A DNA stretch of 64,000 nucleotides from Minutocellus sp. GHC0000111 (GCA_977018835.1 OZ361259.1:1364001-1428000); one strand, 5' to 3'; shown: positions 33,435-45,007, counted from the stretch's first letter. Numbers and translations are program-made. The notes: a model not told the origin generated them from the letters alone.

Positions 33435-35420
33435 ATGGATCCCGATGGTGACTACGAAAGCCGGCACAGCACCCGATCGGCTGCCGACGACGTCAATCTA
33501 GCCGGTGACGACATCGACGTGGAATCGCCCAGCAAGATCTTTCTCCCCAACGAAGATACCAAGTTGCCCGCCAAGCCAACGAAAGATAGCGATACATACG
33601 AAGGAGCAACGGCCCCACCGATGGAGGTGCCTCCTCTCGTCGCTGCTGCTGCTGCAGCCGCAGCCTCCGCCAACATTGGGTCAGCCAAGAAACAGCCACG
33701 CGGCACCGCCTACGAAGACATGATGACCGGCAAGATGGACCTGGCAGCATCCGACGAGGCGCCCATCAGCAACAGCGTCGCCGTCCCCATCGGCTTTGAT
33801 TCCGATGACATGGCGCTGCCCGAGGCCAAGGCGCTACCGATTATCAGCAGCACGGCCAATGAAGAGACCAAGATGCCAACGGCGACGTCTGAGGAGGTGC
33901 AAACGGATGCACAGATCGACGAGCAGCTGATTCCTGTTCCTGTCCTGCCGTCCCAACCTGAGGCCTTTGACGATGGTTACAACAGGACGTCCAAGACTTG
34001 CCCATCGCAATGCCGATCAATCGACAATTGTACAACTTTAGAGCCCAATGAGATCAATGGAACACGAAAGTCACATGACGACAAATCATTTTGTAAGAAA
34101 AGTTTGTCCGTTCTTGCTTTGCCGTATGATATAATCACTTGGGTGATTATTGGGCAGCGCAGTACTACCGACAATGAAGGGACAACGATGCCTGCCGCGA
34201 CACTTGAAGAGGTTCCAAACGAAGATACCGAGGCTCAGGTCGACGAGGAGGACCCGACTCCTGTTCCAGTTCCATCTTCGCAAGAGGATGATGCGACCAA
34301 CAGCTCTTCGTCGGATGGAACTGACACGGCCGCAGAGCAAGAAGACAAATCGACATCCACAACAAAGAGGTGTACCCGAAAGCGTGAGTGGCGCTGCTGC
34401 TGCGCCATCGCATTTCTTGCGGTGGTTGGTACCGTCCTTGGTGTGCTCTTTGGGACAGCTCAAGGCCAGCTGTTACTGCAAGGATATCGAAGTTGCAATC
34501 TCGATGGGCACGTAGGCGCCGCAATCGGCAATGGTCACTGCGACTCGAAATTAAATAACGACGAATGCGGTTGGGATGGAGGGGACTGCCTCATCGATGG
34601 CTACCCCAATTGCCACGTTGAGCATCCAGAGTGGATTGGTGATAGCTCCTGCACTGGTGGATCATACAACACTGCTGAGTGCGGTTGGGATGGAGGGGAC
34701 TGTGTCGAGCTCAACGAGTTCAACGTTCGATATCCCAACTGCCAAATTGCTTGGAGAGAAACGGTTGGCAATGGCTGGTGCAGCGGAGCATACAACACCG
34801 AAGAGTGCGGTTGGGATGGAGGCGACTGCCTTGCAATTGGTTATCCAAACTGCCATGTCGTGAGACCAGACTGGATTGGTGATGGCACATGTGACGGAGG
34901 GGAGTACAACACCGCCGTTTGCGGTTGGGATGGTGGAGACTGCCTTGTAAGTGGCTATCCCGATTGCCACATAGAGAATCCAAATTGGATTGGAGATGGC
35001 CAATGCAATGGTGGTAGATACAACACCGCCGAGTGCGGCTGGGACGGCGGAGATTGCTTCTCAGAGAACTATCCTAATTGCAAGACTGATAAATGGAGCC
35101 CAAATTTTGAATGGATTGCGGATGGCCTTTGTAATGGAGGGCGGTACAATACAGCTCAGTGTGGCTGGGATGGAGGCGACTGTCAGTTCCACAGGCATTC
35201 CAACCAAGAGTGCGTCGGAATACGACACTCTACCAAACATAGTGTGACGTACGGGTGGTGCCAGAACCGATGCATTGACTTGGGCATTAGTTGCGAGGCT
35301 TATGATTTTTCCGAAAATCCCCAGCTCTCCAGAACAGGTACTTGCAGAATTTTTGGCAGCTATTACTCCCCGAGACAGAGTTCTGGTCAAGTTAGGTACG
35401 CCTGCTGGGAGAAAGAGTAA
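33435..35420 (+). CDS. Single-pass membrane protein with six LNR (Lin-12/Notch) repeats and PAN/apple-like tail
   Basis: Acidic disordered N-terminus, TM AIAFLAVVGTVLGVLFG, 6x G[DN]GxC...NxxxCGWDGGDC, and tail WCQNRC...CEAYDF...CRIF. Confidence 0.88.
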   Translation: MDPDGDYESRHSTRSAADDVNLAGDDIDVESPSKIFLPNEDTKLPAKPTKDSDTYEGATAPPMEVPPLVAAAAAAAASANIGSAKKQPRGTAYEDMMTGKMDLAASDEAPISNSVAVPIGFDSDDMALPEAKALPIISSTANEETKMPTATSEEVQTDAQIDEQLIPVPVLPSQPEAFDDGYNRTSKTCPSQCRSIDNCTTLEPNEINGTRKSHDDKSFCKKSLSVLALPYDIITWVIIGQRSTTDNEGTTMPAATLEEVPNEDTEAQVDEEDPTPVPVPSSQEDDATNSSSSDGTDTAAEQEDKSTSTTKRCTRKREWRCCCAIAFLAVVGTVLGVLFGTAQGQLLLQGYRSCNLDGHVGAAIGNGHCDSKLNNDECGWDGGDCLIDGYPNCHVEHPEWIGDSSCTGGSYNTAECGWDGGDCVELNEFNVRYPNCQIAWRETVGNGWCSGAYNTEECGWDGGDCLAIGYPNCHVVRPDWIGDGTCDGGEYNTAVCGWDGGDCLVSGYPDCHIENPNWIGDGQCNGGRYNTAECGWDGGDCFSENYPNCKTDKWSPNFEWIADGLCNGGRYNTAQCGWDGGDCQFHRHSNQECVGIRHSTKHSVTYGWCQNRCIDLGISCEAYDFSENPQLSRTGTCRIFGSYYSPRQSSGQVRYACWEKE

Positions 35421-35453
35421 GGATAGATCAAAATCGCAAATCACTAAACGCCT

Positions 35454-35491
35454 TATTCATTTCTAACCTTCTCACTCAGCACTCACCGGAC
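35454..35491. repeat. 38-bp diverged direct copy of the MFS gene 3' end (38378-38415)
   Basis: 34/38 identity by hand alignment. Confidence 0.85.
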
Positions 35492-35510
35492 ATGCATCTA
35501 ATAGCATTAT

Positions 35511-37598
35511 CTAAGGGTTCCTACTGCAATCCCCTTCCTCCCAACCACACTGAACTGTATTGTATTCTCCTCCGTCGCAGACGCCGTCGCCGATCCAGTA
35601 CGGCACCAGGACATCGCAGTCGGGATAAAGCTTGTTAAACTCAAGACAATCGCCATCGTCCCAGCCACATTCGATGGTATTATATTCACCACCGTCACAG
35701 CTGCCATCGCCTACGAAGTAAAGGTATTCCGCGTGACAGTTAGGGTAGTGTTCGTTGATCTTCAGACAGTCACCAAAATCACAATCACATTCGGCGATAT
35801 TGTAGGCTCCCCCGTCGCATTGCTCATCGCCCAGCCAAGAAGGGTCCTCAACTACACAACCTGGGAACGTCTTATTGAAGCTTGAGCATGAACCATCACC
35901 TCCAAGGCAGTCGGGAAACTTGCTATTGAATTCTCTGTTAGCGTTTACACAGTCGCCCAAATCATACTGGCATCGCAAATTATTTGAAGAGCCTCCGTCG
36001 CAAATCCCATCGCCTAGCCATTCGGGGTTTTCAACTAAGCAGCCTGGGTATGTCTTGTTAAATATAGCACTTCATTGAAGGGGGGAAGAACCAAAAGGTA
36101 AGATTTGTGGAGGGGGCATTTCCAAAGAAGCCGTTTCTCCATTTCCTTGTACTTACCATGATGAATTCCCTCCACGACATTCTCCAAACTCTTTGTTCCA
36201 TTCGGCACAGTCTCCACCATCCCAGCCACATTCGGGGCGATTCAATTCTGCGTCACAATCTCCATCTCCTACCGCTTCGAACTGATTATTCCATGGAAGC
36301 TTGTTTTCAATACACCCAGGATATAGGTTGTGAAAAGTAGAGCAAGATAAGTCACCCATTCGACAAACTGATAGTTGAACGAGAGACAATCCCCACCATC
36401 CCAATTACATTCTGCATTATTGAGATTCCCATCACAGCGCATTCCGTTTCCGAGGAACTCTGGCATGTCAACAATGCAACCTGGAAATGTTCTATTGAAA
36501 GATGAGCAAGAAAAGTCTCCCATTCGACAATCGGGAAATTTCTCATTGAACTCTGCACAGTCTCCTCCCTCAAAGGCACAGACCTCGATATATAAATTGC
36601 CCGTCACATATCCCATCGCCGACATAGAGCTCAATGTATTCATTGATTTCTTCTGGTCCGAGACGGGATTTGATATCGATGCAGTTGGTACAGTCGCCAT
36701 CATCCCATCCACACTCCTCGGAAAACCAGGGAAATCCATCGCAACTTCCATCTCCGAGCCTAGCAGATTGCTTCGGGGTTAACGCGCAGTCAGGATATTG
36801 ATTCAAAAGCAGGCAGTCCCCACCATCCCAATTACATTTCTCTGTATTATACTCATCACCGTCACACTGGCCGTTTCCTAGCTTGGTCGAGTCCTCGACA
36901 ATGCACTCGTCCAGAGCTTTCTCTTTGCGCGTCTGGGCACCAAACACCCCACCAATGATGGCTCCAACCAAAACAGCAAAGAGCAAGAAGATACCGATCC
37001 GAATCTTGCGACTTTTCATATTCACGACGAGGTCGTCAAGCTTGGACGCCTCCACCGGCTTCCCTTCCTCGGCCAACTCGGCAGCAATGGGAAGGTCTTC
37101 TACATCCATGACGACAGAGGGAACAGTTGGGGCGACGCCGTCGTCATCGTCGCCTCCTCCTCCAATTCCAGCAACCTGAAAAGCCCCTGGTCTATTTGAA
37201 GGGGCTTCCTCTGGAGATTCACCTGTGCCTGCGATTGCCGCGTCAACCTTCTTGTCGATGTTTGCACTGACGGGGACGCCTATGTTGTTGGTCGATGTCG
37301 TGTCCTTCACCTTCTCGGTATCTTTTTGTGGGTGATCCTTGCCGAGGATCGACTGATGAGGTGGCATGGCCTCGCTGTTTTCACTGTTTGGAATGATTTC
37401 CAGATAATGAGCGGTATCGCCATTCACTGGCGCAGTATCGTTTGCCTGCTCCTTATTTCGAGTGGAGCTGGAGCTGTCCCGAACGATCTTCTCGCGAAGG
37501 CGGTTGGAAGGGGTCCTCGTCGGTGGCGACGGCGGGCTGCCCTCGGGCACCTCCTCGACGAATGCATTGATCTCGCTGCTTGAGTATCGGGTGGTCAT
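35511..37598 (-). pseudogene. Single-pass membrane protein with ~nine LNR repeats; frameshifts at ~36600 and ~36370; intron 36070-36156
   Basis: LNR repeats are spread over four ORF pieces. A GTAAGT...GAAG intron joins the last two in frame; the other two breaks have no splice signals. Confidence 0.82.
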
Positions 37599-38376
37599 AG
37601 TTTAGGAATGTAAATAAATTGTCTTTTTGTTGGGGTGTCTTTATCAACTTCTTGCCTGTACGTGCTGGTGCCGTCTGGTTCTTGCTGCTGATGTCTGCTG
37701 GTTGTTGCTATCTGCTGCTGTCGATGTCGCTGCTGTCTGCGTCGCGAAGATACGTAGAAAGAGGGACAATTTGGCCAGTGTGAGCGATATATGCTAACAA
37801 AACCACGCGCAAGCATCACTCTCTAACCAAAAGAAGAACTTACATTCGATGCGTCGGGGTTCTTTTGTTTGTGGCATGATGAAATCATGGCGGCTGGAGG
37901 GCTTCGCATTGGTCGGACGTCGCTGCGGCCGTCCCTTGTCGTCGCCATTTTGGGGTGCTAAAACCGCTCATTTTCGGGTTTGCTGGACATGAAAGAGAGA
38001 GAATTGTCATGAAAACCTTTGCCTTAGACAATTGTCTATCAGTCCATGTAACCTTTCTCGAAGGGCGCCGTATCTTTGTGGCAATGAGCGATGCTATGTG
38101 TAGGAATCCTACCAACACATCATGTGCTCATTTATTTACTCGGCGTAGTCATTTGCTTGCCGATGCCCTCTGCTGCTTCCAACGGTCTGGCCTGCGTCCG
38201 TGAAGAATGTGAGAGATTGAATTGACTGCATGCTGCAAGCAATTCTGAGGCTCTGGTTTTCTCTCAGCTGAAGCGGCCCAAGTCTAGCTAGCTAGATCTC
38301 GTATCGGTAGATATTCTATAAATCAACTCTAAATGTGGACACTCTTTTGCGATGCCCTCCTATTGCTCTACTCTAT

Positions 38377-40878
38377 CTATTCGTTCCCAACCTTCTCACT
38401 CAGCACTCGCCGGACTGCAAACCAACCTGTTGCCGTCAACAGGACACCGGCACTGGCATGCATGGCCGAGCCAAGATCTCCAGTGAAATCTGCCACGGCG
38501 CCGATGCCACTGGCACCCATGAGAAAGCCCACATCGCCGGCAGTTCGCATCAAGGCTAAGGCCTGCGCCCGCTCCTTGTCACTCGTAACATCCGAGATGT
38601 ACGATACCGGTGCAGTGGACAAAATGCTCGATCCCAATCCCCAGGTTCCCAAGGCTGCCGCCATGTGATACATATCGGTACAAAAGGGCAGGGCCGCCAT
38701 GGACGAGGAAATGAGCGACGTACCAGCCACGATGGCCAACGGTTTGCCAATCCTATCAACAAACTTGGCCATCAGTGGGACGCCGGCAACCTGAACCAAT
38801 GACATGCCCATGTACGTCTTGCCGACGGCGGTGGCACTCAAAGCCAGTCCATTGGGATCGGTCAGCATCAGCGGTAAGATAGTCATTTGTGAGCCTGCCA
38901 AGGCGACCCAGTACAGACCATTCATCGCTACCGTATTGCGGATTCGGCCGTCAGACATGAGCGGTGCCCATTGGCGGACAGCGTCCTTACTAGCCTCAAT
39001 CATGGATAGGCCCGACTCCTGTTCGGTCTTGCCCGCAATGCCCTTGTGCCAGGGAAACTTCATCGCCTTGGCCTGAGTTTCGACGAGCAGATAATTGTTC
39101 ACCAAGGTCAAACCCAGATAGCTCGTGCCGACAACATAAAACGTCTCGCTGATGCCCAACTTGTCCGCCATTAGCCCACCCAAGGCCGGTCCAAACGCCG
39201 TACCGGCCGCAAATGCACTCATGATCGGCGCCATCGTTGACGCACGATTGAGCGGAGTGGAAATATCCGCCATGGTCATGGTCGCCGCCGTGCTGAGCGC
39301 CGCCACACCCAATCCAGTGAACAGCCGACACACAAACAGATGCTCGAACTGACTGGCCAGCCCAATTCCCCCCACCCCCAAACTCACCAACAGCAACGAA
39401 TGGACCAGGTACGGCTTCCGCCCGTGCCGCTCCACCAGTATCGCCGAGGGCACATTGCCCACAATCTTGGCCAGGGCGAACGCCGACACCACCACCCCAT
39501 ACTGCCCCGGCGACAGCCCGATGCTTTCCACCACAAAGGGCATGACCGGCGTCACAATGCCCACCGACGATCCCACCAGCAGCATCGAGATGGCAATGGG
39601 CAACGTCCGGCGGGAGTCGATTTCCAATGCCAGCTTGAGCAGATGCTTCCGGAAGGACGACTTGGTCACCATGATCGGCGGTTGGAGGGACGACGATCCC
39701 GTATCTGGGCAGGTGGTCGCTTCGGCCGGGATGGACACCTCACGGAACACGTTGAGGAACATGGCCGCCTCCCCCGACGCATATCGTTGCAATATCTCTT
39801 CTTGATTGCCGGCATTGTCATCATCACCATGACCACCATGACCACCATCATCACCATCGTCATGTCCAAATCCAACCTCGTCCAATTCCCGTATCCGTCT
39901 GGTGAGGTAGGAAACAACGTCGGCATGGCCAATGGTCCCCTCCCCCATTTTGCGTCCCTCGAAATCGTCGACGTCGGTCCCACCCCGTCCCTCGTCGTCG
40001 ACAACCGCCTGGACCGCCGCTATGGCATGATGACTACCGCTGCCGGCGTGGGTTGTGTGCGTGCTACTGGCAGTACCTGCAGTCGATGCGCCGCCTACCA
40101 GTGCCTCGCTGCCAGTATGACCAGAGCTGCCAGTAGGACTAGAGGGGCTGTACGTGTTCCCGTACGAGTCCACCACCACCTCCACCTCCTCACCGGTATG
40201 TCCATCTCTGCCATTTTCCTGCCCCTCCCCCCGGCTGGAGGTGTAGATGGCATCAAACACGGCGTCAATCTCCGCCGCTGTAAAGGATTGCAACGCCAGG
40301 TAGCGGTAGAGACGGCGGAGGTCCATTTTGCCGGCTTGGTGGGTGAGCTGGTCGTAGTCGGCGCAGTTGGCTTTGGCGGTGTTGGTAGTATTGGCACTAG
40401 TATGCGTGCCGCTAGTTTGGGACTGCCGAGAGGACGAGGTGGGCGAGGTGGAGGTGCTCCCAAAGCGAGAGGTTGGGGTTCGAAACGGCGGCGCCGTGAA
40501 ATAGTTGGGGTCGATTCCTGCTAGCAGCGACGCGGGTGAGACTGGTTGGATGCATGCCTGCATCGGCAATCTCGGTGCGGCAGCGGCGGTATGCAAAGGG
40601 GATATTCGTGACGGTCTCGGGCGGGAACCACCGGCGGTGGGACTCCAGCGGCTCCTCCCACTCCAATTCGGCGCATGTCGTGCCAGTGCCAAAGGACATA
40701 AAGCTGCCCCCCGTTGTCTGAACCTGCTGCTTAGCACATTGCGGCTGCTAGACGGACCCACCAGCCCCGACGATTGCGCAGATGCTAGCATTGTGGGGAC
40801 CGTCTGGTTCCTGCCCCGCCGGCGGAGGGTGTGCCGAAGTATGTGGCCGCCGGCGGCTGTGCCATGGGCGTGCGTCAT
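38377..40878 (-). CDS. Major facilitator superfamily transporter (DHA1/TetA-like) with ~420-aa low-complexity N-terminal extension
   Basis: Multi-TM C-terminal half with LVERHGRK, CRLFTGLG, GPALGGLMAD and FVDRIGK. Start uncertain. Confidence 0.88.
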   Translation of the reverse strand: MTHAHGTAAGGHILRHTLRRRGRNQTVPTMLASAQSSGLVGPSSSRNVLSSRFRQRGAALCPLALARHAPNWSGRSRWSPTAGGSRPRPSRISPLHTAAAAPRLPMQACIQPVSPASLLAGIDPNYFTAPPFRTPTSRFGSTSTSPTSSSRQSQTSGTHTSANTTNTAKANCADYDQLTHQAGKMDLRRLYRYLALQSFTAAEIDAVFDAIYTSSRGEGQENGRDGHTGEEVEVVVDSYGNTYSPSSPTGSSGHTGSEALVGGASTAGTASSTHTTHAGSGSHHAIAAVQAVVDDEGRGGTDVDDFEGRKMGEGTIGHADVVSYLTRRIRELDEVGFGHDDGDDGGHGGHGDDDNAGNQEEILQRYASGEAAMFLNVFREVSIPAEATTCPDTGSSSLQPPIMVTKSSFRKHLLKLALEIDSRRTLPIAISMLLVGSSVGIVTPVMPFVVESIGLSPGQYGVVVSAFALAKIVGNVPSAILVERHGRKPYLVHSLLLVSLGVGGIGLASQFEHLFVCRLFTGLGVAALSTAATMTMADISTPLNRASTMAPIMSAFAAGTAFGPALGGLMADKLGISETFYVVGTSYLGLTLVNNYLLVETQAKAMKFPWHKGIAGKTEQESGLSMIEASKDAVRQWAPLMSDGRIRNTVAMNGLYWVALAGSQMTILPLMLTDPNGLALSATAVGKTYMGMSLVQVAGVPLMAKFVDRIGKPLAIVAGTSLISSSMAALPFCTDMYHMAAALGTWGLGSSILSTAPVSYISDVTSDKERAQALALMRTAGDVGFLMGASGIGAVADFTGDLGSAMHASAGVLLTATGWFAVRRVLSEKVGNE

Positions 40879-41404
40879 TTGGGGGTTGCTTGTGTTCGTT
40901 CAGGGTCGGTCGCGTGGATTCTTTTTAAAAAGCCAATTGCATTTAATCGCCGTGCGGCAAACTCTCCCTCCCCTTGCTGCTGTCTTCGGATCGAGGCGGG
41001 GTGGTATCAACTCAGTCGTCTAGTCTGCCAAGGATGTGAGATGGCACCGTCGTAACCGTCAGTTTGGGTTTCGGGAAGGCTCCATTGTTGTTCTTGGAAT
41101 GTTGGGATGTTGCAATGTTTCGTCTTTCTGTCGTCCGTCGAGCTGGTTGCTGGAAGCTGGAATGCTGGAATGGAAGCAATGGAATCGATAGCAATGGATG
41201 GAATCGGAGCAAGCGAAGCGAACAAAGAACAAAGAATTCATTATTTTGATGCCATCGCCATATTTTCCTTGCCTGGCCCGGACTTTGACTTATTTGCGGT
41301 TTCGGTTGGCGGTCGCTTGCTTGCCCAGTGCATTGCATGCGCTTGAGAGCAGGCACAATCAATTTACAGCTGAATGGAACTAACGATGACCCAACGATAG
41401 CAGA

Positions 41405-42421
41405 ATGAAGAAGCGACGGGGAAGGGGTCCGTTGGGCACCCTGAAGGGATTGGCGTTGCTCGCCTGCATTGCGGGGGCGGCCAACATGGGGGTTGCCAAC
41501 ATATTATGGGCTACCCAGACGACGACGACCGTCGGTTCGGCGCTCCTTCGCGATGCAGCAATGGCGTTTGTGCCAACGTGGTCCCTTCTTCGTGGTGATG
41601 CCGACGCCATCACCACTGCTACTAGGAGTGGTATTCCACACTTGATCCACTTTGTGTGGGTGTCCATGGCAATCCAAACGGAGAACAACACGTTGAGCGA
41701 CATGGCACAGGGTGCCGTCGCCAGCTGGCGGGAGCTGTATCCCGATTGAACCGTCCTGGTGTGGGACAATCAAAAAGTACGGCAGCACTATCCCTCCATG
41801 GTACAAACCATATTGACCAAATGCGACAACACGGCCCACATGAGCGATGTTCTGCGATACGCCATATTGGACGATATGGGCGGAGTGTACCTCGATGCCG
41901 ATACGTACGCCGTCCATCGGTTGCCGGACTGGCTGCTTCGGGGGGGTGCCTTCACGGTGTGTCAGGACCCCTTCTCCATGCCTCTCGAGGATGAATCGAT
42001 CATCATCGGTGGCGGGTGCAACCAAACGGCCAACGGCTTCATTGGTGCCGAGCCGCACCATCCAGCGGTGCGGGGGATACTCTCCAAGGCCATCGACGCG
42101 GTGCAGAATCGCGATCCCACGGCAACGCCCAACATCGATCCGCGATTTGGCATGGACGTCAACTTCTTTGTTCATAGCGGTCCCATAGGTTGGACGGAGG
42201 AGGCCATCAAGCACGGTGTGACCATTCTCCATTCCCATACCTTCTTCCCCTGCAAATGGTCCAGGCTCAAGTGGGACTGCGTCGTCGGACGGTTTCGGAA
42301 CGACAGCCGCGTGCTGGGCATGCACAAGGCTGCGGCCTCGTGGTTGCCGAGGGCGAAGCCCAAGGTTGGAAAGATTGGCAGAGGCGCGAAGAATCAGAGG
42401 CACATTTTCGTTGGTCGATGA
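41405..42421 (+). pseudogene. GT32 (OCH1/SUR1-like DXD) glycosyltransferase with in-frame TGA at 41747-41749
   Basis: IPHLIHFVW, SWRELYPD*TVLVWD and SDVLRYAILDDMGGVYLDAD; both halves are in the same frame. Confidence 0.85.
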
Positions 42422-43080
42422 GGATGATGATGATACATATCAACAAGATTAGCACGAGCAGCCCTTGGCCGGGAGTGTTGCTCTCGATACTCAGCTGCAG
42501 AGTAAACGGATCAGTGAATTACCAGCAGTTCAATGCACTTTGATACTTGTGCAATCCCTTATAAATTGAAAGTAGTGGAACGCATTTGTGTTGTTGTCTC
42601 TTTGAATTGAAGAGCAGTTCTTTCAGAAACAAAACATTATTGAAGCATGCGACGCTTCGACTGGATGTGACAAACGCCGTGATGAGTGAAAGGTGGGGAG
42701 GCATACATTACATGGTGTTGATGTAAGAAGATCGCGATCCCACATTCGCACACTTCACGAGCATTTTCAGTCCTTGCCTGAATTGATTGGTACGGCGGGA
42801 ATAGTGCGCACAACGATTCTCGGCGAAGAGCAAGACATTCGTTTCGCAGACATAATTCCCAGACTGCAAATCTCTGGATAGGGATCCCTAGTCTTGGTTA
42901 TTGCCTGTCATGGCTACATACAGTGCGATGCTTCGTCATTAGCTACATTGCGAATATAACAGAGTAAAAGTATGTAAATACAACGTACTATAATTTGGTG
43001 TAGCATCAATATCATATGAAAACAATTTGTTACCGAATTATTCAAAACTATTTCGTGCGTGAGTAATCAACATTTCTATT

Positions 43081-43476
43081 TCATTGTCTTGCCTCGGCGA
43101 CCTGCTCCTCAACCTTCTCGGCAAAGGCCAAAAGGTGGCACTCTTTCTTGCCAATCCTGCCGGAGGCGTCTGGTCTGGTACAAGGATGATCGCCCCCTCG
43201 GCGACGGCGGGCAGCTCTTCTCCTCTCTGCGCGATTCTCTTGTTGACTTGGGTTGGGATCGGAGCAGGCATCATTGAGGTCTTCGTAGAATTCAACGATG
43301 GCTTCGCCGCTGTTGGGCATGTTCAACGCCGCTCCTTGTTGTTGTGTAGTATGACAGTCGTCTTCTTCGATAGCGACGGTCGTGGGGCTTCGTCGGCGGA
43401 TGCGACGCAGGGGCTTGGTGCTATTGGAGCCGGCGGCGGCCATGTCGATCTTGCTCGTGCTTGTTGAGGTGCACAT
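43081..43476 (-). CDS. 'KECH' family member 3
   Basis: 131 aa from CCAAG-ATG (MCTSTS); LRRIRRRSPT, FYEDLND and RPDASGRIGKKECHLLAF. Confidence 0.75.
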   Translation of the reverse strand: MCTSTSTSKIDMAAAGSNSTKPLRRIRRRSPTTVAIEEDDCHTTQQQGAALNMPNSGEAIVEFYEDLNDACSDPNPSQQENRAERRRAARRRRGGDHPCTRPDASGRIGKKECHLLAFAEKVEEQVAEARQ

Positions 43477-43975
43477 CTTGGTATGTATTGGAATAAATTG
43501 GTTGCGTTGCGTGAGAGTATGGTGTTGAAGGCTTTGAGTTTGGTTCTTTTGGTGAAAAGTGACAGTGTCGTATCTGAGTGTGCTGCTCGTTGCGTTGTGT
43601 TCTTTGATTTTGTTGTGCATGGCCATGTTCGAGGCGGCACACTATCTACGTACGTAGCTAGGAATCCTACTGTACGTAGCTACGTAGTAGCCTGTGGCCT
43701 GTGGCCTGTAAAACGCGTCAGGCCTCGTCCCCGCATAAATGTTTTGCTCGTAAAACAGCCCCTCGACTTTCTCTGAGCATCGCCGAGTGACACTTTTCAT
43801 CGTAAAATGCGTCACATTGTTATATTTTCCGGAAGCCTGACTTTCTTCATGATCGTCAAACAGGCCATGAACATCGCCGAGAGGGGGAAAGGAGGACAAC
43901 ACACAAGGGCTCAAGTACGTGGTGCGGCACCCACTGTTGTGTATTACTCAAAACTTGCCAAGAAAAAATGAAAGT

Positions 43976-44028
43976 GGGACAACGAGTGATCTGACACCAA
44001 GGGACAACGAGTGATCTGACACCAAGGG
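43976..44028. repeat. Perfect 25-bp tandem duplication
   Basis: GGGACAACGAGTGATCTGACACCAA x2 + GGG. Confidence 0.95.
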
Positions 44029-44273
44029 TAACTCAAGCTTTCTTCTGCATGAGCGGCACCAAACGGCAGCACAGTACGCCTGCCGAAATCGCTTCTTTCA
44101 AAGCGCAAATACCACACAAAGCATTTATCGCAAGCAGATCGGCCCCTTCTGCATCCTGCATGTGATCTTCACTTTTCCAAACTTTGTGCATGATCTGTGC
44201 GTGGATCCTTCCTCCATATTTTTATTCCACAAGAAAACCGGAGCGAGGTGCCGGCACAGCAACTACATTTACC

Positions 44274-44723
44274 ATGCCCTCATTCATCGAAAACGACGAT
44301 CCACCATCATCTGCCAAGAGAGGTCAAGTGGATCATCAGCAAGCCTCCAGCGAGATGGAAGACGCCACCAATTACAACAGTGGTGCACGAAGAATTCTAG
44401 CATCGAGGCCAGCCCGACAAAACGAGATGGCCAGTCAAGGCAACATTAGCGCGCCCACCACCGATACCGATGACCAAGCTCACTGCACCATTGACGTATC
44501 GACAACACATGAAAAGGAAGGATCCACCTTCTATTTACTGCTCAACGATGTCGACGATGATGCCACCGATCACTTTCAACGAGATTCCGAAGCAACCATG
44601 GCAGATCCCCTTCCAAAGAGGTTTTGCCGTCGACGACGGAAACAACGCAGATATCCCAAGGAGCGCCATATCGTGCTTGTCGCTCGAGACCTGCTTGCTC
44701 AGATTGACGAAATCGACGAGTGA
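44274..44723 (+). CDS. Small hypothetical protein, probable diverged 'KECH' family member 4
   Basis: ACC-ATG start; FYLLLND, RRRRK, KERH and acidic C-terminus occur in the same order as in the family. Confidence 0.55.
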   Translation: MPSFIENDDPPSSAKRGQVDHQQASSEMEDATNYNSGARRILASRPARQNEMASQGNISAPTTDTDDQAHCTIDVSTTHEKEGSTFYLLLNDVDDDATDHFQRDSEATMADPLPKRFCRRRRKQRRYPKERHIVLVARDLLAQIDEIDE

Positions 44724-45007
44724 AGGCAATGCACCTTGATGGTTTTTGTTCACAGCCGCATCGACACACAATGATTATACCCCTAGTTTACTTTTTGATC
44801 CATACTACACTGCATAGTTTACCGCGTAACAAATACTCTAGGAATAAAATGAACATACAACTTGGACATTTCGATCCCTACTTTGTTTTGCAAGAGCCAC
44901 GTCCAAATGGGAATCATCCTGAAAATAGTACCCAAAAAAATCTAAAGAATACTGCCGCTGCAACAAATTGGAAGAAGATGCACGCGCAAACTTGCTTCTC
45001 TGCACAA

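Noticed and set aside
34500..35185. Regularly spaced TGCGGTTGGGATGG repeats as a DNA array
   Set aside because: Fully explained by codons of the CGWDGGDC LNR repeats.
39340..40524. 394-aa ORF opposite the MFS gene (likewise 41504-42403 and 12058-12786)
   Set aside because: Antisense shadows of GC-rich genes with clear identity on the other strand.
41747..41749. Alternative genetic code (TGA=Trp) or selenocysteine
   Set aside because: TGA ends other genes here (e.g. 8685-8687, 15701-15703), Trp is TGG elsewhere, and the site is not a Cys position.
42540..42920. Possible gene remnant between GT32 and the KECH gene
   Set aside because: Only short frames with no recognisable motif.
43976..44028. 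CRISPR-like repeat
   Set aside because: Two adjacent 25-bp copies with no spacer, no cas genes, eukaryotic context.
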